Assembly: GCA_951406725.2 (NCBI GenBank) | Contig: OX597816.1 | Span: 42,656,001-42,720,000, forward strand | DNA: 64,000 nt | From: Octopus vulgaris | Lineage: Eukaryota | Direction: 5' to 3' | Shown: positions 56,573-64,000 of the stretch, one piece after another | Position numbering within the stretch: position 1 is the first letter of the stretch | How the letters are laid out: the number at the start of each line of letters is the position of its first letter | Notes under the pieces: generated by a model | The model's input: the letters and a program-made list of their open reading frames with translations, nothing else | Told to the model about the DNA's origin: nothing | Database searches by the model: none | Position numbers and translations under genes: made by a program

Positions 56573-57375
56573 GGATAGATAGATAGACAGGCGAGCGGAC
56601 GGAAAGGCGGAGGAGGGATGATTGGATTGTGTATGAATGGATACGCACTTCTTTTATGCATATGTGTGGGTGCTACTGGATATCTTTAAACAAGTTCAAA
56701 ATATTTAGTTCTAACTTATTGACAGTTAATCTGTGAAAGTATTCAATTCAAGTAACACTATATATGGTTTTAAGCGATTTATGCATAAGAACTATTAAAG
56801 CAAATTACATTATTCACATACGTGGCAGTACAACACATACAAATTGCAAAGTCTTTTCAAATAGCGATTTTGTATCCAGGCACAAGACGCAGTTTAGAAT
56901 TTATATATTCAAAGCACTTTATAAAAGAATTCCAAATGAAGTGGAGAGTTATTGTTATAATTTTTCTACAGTACGGAGTGAGACATTTTCTACAATGATT
57001 ATTCAGATTTTTATATCGGTTATAGAAATTTCAAGTCGTTCTTAAACAGTGGTTTAAAGCAAATTTGTGAATTGATTATATCTACTATGTTTTCCTCTAC
57101 AAATGTATATATACATGTTGAGGGGGGCGTGTGTGTGTGTGCGTGTGAGCGTGTGTGTGTGTGCGTGTGAGCGTGTGTGTGTGTGCGTGTGAGCGTGTGT
57201 GTGTCTGTGTATATATATATATATGTATATATATATATAGATATATATATATATATATTTACATACATACATAAATATATGTATTATGTGTATATATATA
57301 TATTTACATACATGCATAAATATATGTATCATGTATATATATATATTTATACATATATATATGTATATAATATTG

Positions 57376-57525
<150 letters not shown>

Positions 57526-57742
57526 CAAATTATTACAATATATAAAAGGGCTTAGTAAAATAAATATTTTGCATACTGAACACTTGGTGAAATTAATTAA
57601 TAATTAATTAATTTTACCCTCAATTGTTGAAATATATATATATATATATATATATAATACTCAATGAATACAATCAAAACGCTGAAATAGCACATCAAAT
57701 TAAAATATCCATCCGTGCATCTGACTAAATGTAATGTGTACA

Positions 57743-57834
<92 letters not shown>

Positions 57835-58179
57835 AATACAGTTAAAAGTGTTATACGGTGACCTTTATCTGAGAGAAATCCACATAATATACGTGTTGTT
57901 CTCTTGCTCGTTCATATCGAAATACTAACTTCCCCTCAGTTAAATGACAACCCCGAATTAGGGCGCCACGCATTTTTCGTTCCCAGGAATCATTGTTGAA
58001 ACGATGTCCCCATCGATCGCCTACATTTGGTGCCTTGAATAAAACTTATCAATGAAAGCATTTTCTATCAGGCACAATATCATAGAATCTGATAGGCTTA
58101 CTGCAATATCAATCAATTTATTATTAACTATTTCTTATATATCGAAGTATGAATTTTCTTTTCTATTCTAATCACAAGG

Positions 58180-58508
58180 CCCGACAACTTGGGTGAGTGG
58201 CAAATACTGAAAGGATGAAATGCAATAATCGACCTCGGCGGAAATTGAACTCAGCACATAAAGGTAGATGAAATACCTATTTTTGTACTACCCGCAAGGA
58301 GCTAAACACAAAAGGGATAAACAAGGACAGAGAAACGGATTAAGTCTATCACATCGACCGCAGTGCGTAACTGGTACTTAATTTATCGACCCCGAAAGGA
58401 TGAAAGGCAAAGTCGACCTCGGAATTTGATCTCAGAACGTAACGGCAGACGAAACACTGCTAAGCATTTCGTCCGGCATGCTAACGTTTATACCAGCTCG
58501 CCGCCTTA
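58180..58508 (-). mobile_element. SINE family B dimer
   Basis: gaccccgaaaggatgaaaggcaaagtcgacctcgg; head ccagctcgccgcc. Confidence 0.8.
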
Positions 58509-58804
58509 TCTAAGTATACATATTGTCTCAGCAAGTGACAGATTATTGCATGCATCGACATGCTCAATGGCATAATGAGTTTATGTGAGTGAATTCTGCG
58601 ACGATGCTCATCTCCTTTGGATAGGTATTGTGTATTCAATACTACTTGTCCATGAAAAGTTTTTGTGTGCGAGAAAGAAAAGCACAGAATCGGGATTTAT
58701 AAGAGTGTAATTATATTCACTATGTTAGTTGGATTACAATGAGATTTTTTCCTATTTTGTTATATATTTTATTGACCTTTGACGGGGGTGAACAACCAAA
58801 AACT

Positions 58805-59045
58805 ACCACTCGGGGTTCGCTGAACACATAGCGTGGCTCACGAATCTTCCGTTCAGCTGATTTTCTTGAGTCACCATCTCACATTTGTATGTCAATACAT
58901 CACAATTTACACACTTGCGGCTTAGCTGACTGAAGTAACATGCAATGAAGCGTTTTGATCCAGCACACAATGCACAACCAGTCTGGCAATCGAAACCATA
59001 AACACAGGATCGTGAGTGCAACATCCTGACCACTGGAGCAAGCGC
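58805..59045 (-). mobile_element. Diverged SINE family C relative
   Basis: ccagtggtcaggatgttgcactcacgatcc...ggtttcgattgccagactgg head. Confidence 0.55.
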
Positions 59046-59090
59046 TTTTAAAATGGCGATACAAACGTATGTGTGTATATTGGTAATTAA

Positions 59091-59719
59091 GGCGGTGAGC
59101 TAGCAGAAGCGTTAGCACGCAGGGCGAAATGCTTAGCAGTAATTCGTCTGCAGTTACGTTCCGAGTTCAAATTCCGCCGAGGTCGACTTTGCCTTTCATC
59201 CTTTCGGAGTTGATTAACTACGTACCAGTTATGCACTGGCGTCGATATAATCGACTTAATCCGTTTGGCTGTTCTTGTTTGTCCTTTCTGTGTTTAACCC
59301 CTTGTGGGTAGTAAAGAAATAGGTATTTCGTCTTCCGCTACATTCTGAGTTCAAATTCCACCGAGGTCGACTTTGCCTTTCATCCTTTCGGGATCGATAA
59401 ATTAAGTACCAGTTACGCACTGGGGTCGATGTAATCGACTTAATCCCTTTATCTGTCCTTGTTTGTCCCCTCTATGTTTAGCCCTTTGTGGGCAATAAAT
59501 AAGAAACATTAGCACGCCGGGCAAAATGCCGAGCGGTATTTCGTCTGTTTTTACGTTCTGAGTTCAATTTCCGCCGAGGTCGACTTTGCCTTTCATGGTT
59601 TCGGGGTCGATAAATTAAGTACCAGTTACGCACTGGGGTTGATGTAATTGACTTAATCCCTTTGTCTATCCTTGTTTGTCCCCTATATGTTTAGCCCATT
59701 GTGGGCAATAAAGAAATTA
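59091..59719 (+). mobile_element. SINE family B tandem trimer
   Basis: Head ggcggtgagctagcagaagcgttagcacg followed by three units of about 190-230 bp. Confidence 0.9.
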
Positions 59720-59799
59720 GTATGTATGTAATTATGCTCTTTTTGCGTTTTTAATTTAAAATAAATTTTGACTGGACAATGTTGTGAAGGGAAGTATCT

Positions 59800-60240
59800 T
59801 GATTCTTCGTTGTCATTTAAATCTCAAGGTGACACAGATTGTTATGTCCCATTTAGCGGAATTATTTTTAGTGCATAAATTAAGGATCTGCATTTTGTGC
59901 CCTAAATCCAAGTTCAACCATAATTTGCAGCAGGTGGGTTCGTATGCATCCTGTTGATCCAATAATAATTAGTATGACGCTGAAAATTGATCTTCTGTAC
60001 TGGATTTGCATAGATTTACTGGATATCCATAGATATTCTTTTTCTCTTGTATTATTTCAAACCACATTGTGGTCTAGACATCAGCTAATTTCCACAAAGG
60101 AATATATATCTTTTGTTGCGGTCCTTTACAACAATATCTTACCGGCTGTGTATTAATATGATACACGGAATTTCGACATTTATGTTCCGCCAGCATTCTT
60201 TTGAAGGATAGGTTTCAATGTAGTCCACTTCTTCAGTTAG
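59800..60240 (-). mobile_element. Decayed RLE LINE 3' fragment (related to the 6.1-7.3 kb family)
   Basis: ECWRNI..HSR*DIVVKDRNKR..FVEIS*CLD..EKKNIYG..VILIIIGSTG; next to (GTAT)n. Confidence 0.55.
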
Positions 60241-60862
60241 TCTTATTTTTTCTTAACCTATAGTGTATGTATGTATGTATGCAAGAATATATGTATATAT
60301 CCATATAAGTATGTATGTTTGTATGCAAATGCATAAGTATGTACGTATTTATGTATGTATATGTGAACGTTTATATACATGTATGTGTATTTGATTATAT
60401 GGGGAAAGAGAGAGAACGTGAGAGAACAAACGCACAAAGTCAGACTCACAGACCCCATTTGTATGTAAATACATGTATATACAATATAGTCATTGATAAT
60501 CACCAAATTGATATTGAAACTATTATTTTTATAATTCTAATCCAGGAACGCGTCCATAAGTAATCGAAGACTGTTTGATTTGGTTATTTTTCTTCTTTTT
60601 GACTCTATGAGTTAAATATATTGTTATCTGTGGAGTCATATTTGTAGTGAAAAGAATTGGCTGTCTTTGGCTGCTATTTCTAAATTTTCGGTATGTGTTG
60701 AAGCAACTTGTTGCTAAACTCTTAATTATATTTATATTTATATATAAAAAAACACTTTGTAAAAGTTTCTACCGATAATGTTTTTTTTTTCCATACCCAA
60801 ACTACTTGGTAGAATTTATTCGTTATTAAATTAATAATTCTTTACCCTATACTTGTAATGAT

Positions 60863-60893
<31 letters not shown>

Positions 60894-61013
60894 GCATACA
60901 AACATACGCAGACTGACATACATATATGCATACATAAATATTTGTAGATATATACGCATATATATATATATATATATACACACACATATATATATTTATG
61001 TGCGTGTGTATAT

Positions 61014-61061
<48 letters not shown>

Positions 61062-61264
61062 TTATATACATATAAGCATACATACATATCAATATATATA
61101 TATACCTTTAGAAAATGTTTTTCGAGGTATATTATTGCGTTTATTTATTTAGTATTCTGCTTATGTTTTCAGTGTTTTTGCCCTTTGGCTTATTTCCAGT
61201 GCTATTCTCTTTTATATGAAGCTCTTGTCTACAGTTGTCATCGTCTCATTTCCTAATGCATTTG

Positions 61265-61295
<31 letters not shown>

Positions 61296-62075
61296 TTGAC
61301 AGTCTCTCTGCTCTTTATCTGTTTATTTAGTGTTCTTAATCATGGTTTTTTTTTAATATTCTGAATAGTCCCCGTTAGCTTATTTTATTCCCGTTTGTTC
61401 TAATTCAATCTGTCACCCTTATTCGAAAGTAACATTTTATGTATATTACAACTCACTAAATAGAAACGCTGTCTTAGAAGAGGGAAAAATTATCATAGTC
61501 TTTTTTCGTTGACCAATTATTGTGATAGTTGCTTAATTAAAAGCAGTGTAGTTCCTCCTTGTCACTTTCCAAATCCTTGTCTTCTCAGTTGTTTATTTTT
61601 CTTTCCTTCTCGAATTATTTACTATACAAAATTCACTGTAGTATCTTCAAAATAGTATCACGTTTTAGGGGGCAGTGTTTAAGAAGCAATGTTATTTTAC
61701 CAATACAACTTAATGCAAATTGTGAAGCTATACAACCTATTACTTAATTTATGTAATGAGATGAACAGCCTATTAATTTCTAATTTATACTCATATTCCC
61801 TTTAATCATATTTCGATAGAGTGTATGCTCCTTCTATAGACAATGCAGAACTTGTGTATGTTGGATTTTTACCTTTTAACCTACAGATTTAAAAAAAATT
61901 TTTATTCTAACTAAACACTTTCAAATTTCGGACCGTTAGATACGGCAAAGAATAGAACTAGGGAAAAAAAAAAATAATAGCCTCAAGAAAATAAAACTAT
62001 ACGCATAGAATCACTCTCAAAGACTTAGAAAAATGTTCATATTTAATAAGAAAGCAGTTACAACTTTGACTTTTC

Positions 62076-62689
62076 GGATCTTTACCTTTTGACCTACAGA
62101 TTTAAAAAAATATTTTTTTGTAACTAAACACTTTCAAACTTCGGACACTGGTAGAATGTGTCATATAAAACATCTTCTGTACTTAGCATTTGTGAGAAAA
62201 CTTATATTTACGAAATTATTTCACGTTAAAGCTGTCCTCTTTCGGTAATTTCAACCAATCAATGGCGTGTATTCGGCTGAACAAATTACTGCTGTTGTTT
62301 GTCAACAAGAACGTCCGGCGGTATATATTTCGTTTGTCACTGTTATTTATGACAAACCTAATACTAAAATCCTAACCCTAACCCGAAAACCCTAACCCTA
62401 AAATCCTAACCCTAACCCTAACATCTTAAAGCTAAAACCAGTAAAAACGATAGTTGTTGTTGACAAACAACGGCGTTAAATTATTCAACTGAATACACGC
62501 CATGGATTGGTTGAAATTATCGGAAGAGGACAACTTTAACGTGAAATAACTTCGTAAATATGTTTTTTCTCAAAAATGCTACGAATAAAAGATGTTCTAT
62601 ATGACACATTCTACCAGTGTCCGAAGTGTGAAAGTTTTTAGTTACAAAAAAATATTTTTTTTAATCTGTAGGTCAAAAGGTAAAGATCC
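62076..62689. mobile_element. Foldback/MITE with about 235-bp TIRs and internal telomere-type (CCCTAA)n repeats
   Basis: ggatctttaccttttgacctacagatt... vs ...aatctgtaggtcaaaaggtaaagatcc; cctaaccctaa units at 62356-62421; an extra partial TIR at 61863-61935. Confidence 0.85.
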
Positions 62690-63576
62690 CGTATGTTTTG
62701 TGTGTATCTATCTATGAACATTCTGCTATTTTCTCCGACTTTCGTTTTCTGCTTCTTAAATAGTGATGACAGTACATAATTTAATTTCTTAAGAAATGTG
62801 TATGTAAGAGTTAGGCATTTCATCTGTTGTACTTCCATTACGCTGCAAACCTATTTGTGCAAAAAAGTTTAAAAAATCAACTCTACATGACAAATATTTT
62901 AGTATCTGAAACCATATTTTATATTATAAAAATTCATATTAAAATAAATTATGTTTCCCTTTCTGCTCAGCTTCTCAATGAATATTGGAGCGAAAAAAAT
63001 TGACAAAGCAAATATCCATATCACTCTACACAAGAAAAACCAGGCAACTTTTCAAAAATGTGAACAATATGTATTATGAAAAAAATAGGGAAAAACTTCC
63101 AAATTATTAGGTGGTTAGATTCGATCTTGTAACCATATCAGGACAGCCTAAATTATGCTCGACTAGTCCTGCATATCTAACATTTCTAATTATCGCTAGA
63201 TTATTAATCTGATCGTTTTTAGACCATTCATTATAAAATAATGAGATTCGTGACAGAAATGCACAAAGTTGAAATCTTGATTTATTTGCAACGAAGCCAA
63301 GCATTTTACATTCGATTTCCATTCTCTGCTCGGCATACACAATGACAGTGATACTCTATATCCCTAGGATATAAAATGAAACACGTTATTTTGAAATACT
63401 ATCAGTGGTGAACGGTAAAACATTTACGTAAATTATTTATGAAGCGGTTTTAGAAGCTTTCAAGCTATGAAAATGAATAAAAGAGAAAAATATGTAATCG
63501 AATAAGAAATTAGGTTACAACCACTCATTTTAAGTATCTTGATAAATACTGGGGCATAATGAATTGTTAAACGCCA

Positions 63577-63630
<54 letters not shown>

Positions 63631-64000
63631 GACGCATAATATTATTAAATATAATATTAGTTCATGTACCCTGAAGTGGATTTTTTTCATCTTATATTTT
63701 TACTCAGGCAGGAAGGCAGTGTCTATCATCTCTACCTGGCGCCCATGACCCGTGGGTGTGAGGCTGGATGAATGTCTGCGCACTGGACATCAGGCCTAAA
63801 TACTTGTAACAGACATACCGATGGTTACGGTGCCGGATTCTATGTTGGAGTATAAAACGGAACAGGGGTTAAGTATAGCACCCACATAGGGCCCAATAAG
63901 ATTTATAATTGGAACGCAAAGATCAGATAACCGAAAAGTTACAAGAATCCGTGTCGGACTTTTACGATTCCTTCGATTCATCACCCTGGCTTGATATTTT

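Noticed and set aside
59091-59719. CRISPR-like repeat array
   Set aside because: Units are whole homologous SINE bodies with no unique spacers and no cas genes, in a eukaryotic context
63700-64000. Plus-strand exon or LINE 5' end at the window edge
   Set aside because: Stops in all frames shortly after the acceptor-like site; only a faint NWNA endonuclease-like hint, and truncated by the window

Overview
AT-rich, microsatellite-saturated animal genomic DNA, most likely an intron or intergenic region of an octopus or other coleoid cephalopod (inferred from the SINE families and repeat style). No complete host gene is visible. Nearly all predicted ORFs are translations of (TA)n, (CA)n, (AAT)n or (GATA)n tracts. 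The real coding signal is from transposons: one young, 5'-truncated CR1-group LINE with a long uninterrupted RT frame (51.1-53.7 kb); a decayed RTE LINE ending in three C2H2 zinc fingers (23.2-24.7 kb); several restriction-like-endonuclease (R4/Dong-like and related) LINE relics sitting in microsatellites; a Helitron/PIF1 relic; a mariner relic; and at least three tRNA-derived SINE families. The most notable non-coding signal is a series of long inverted repeats. Two of them carry type I hammerhead ribozyme motifs in both arms (13.3/14.3 kb and 18.0/18.2 kb), in a non-coding Penelope-pLTR or retrozyme-like layout. Two more variant-core hammerheads lie at 32.3 and 35.4 kb. A foldback element with telomere-type repeats at its centre (62 kb), one candidate orphan terminal exon (44.4-44.6 kb, minus strand) and an unidentified decayed ORF (8.7-9.5 kb) also deserve follow-up. 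All calls were made by eye and boundaries are approximate.
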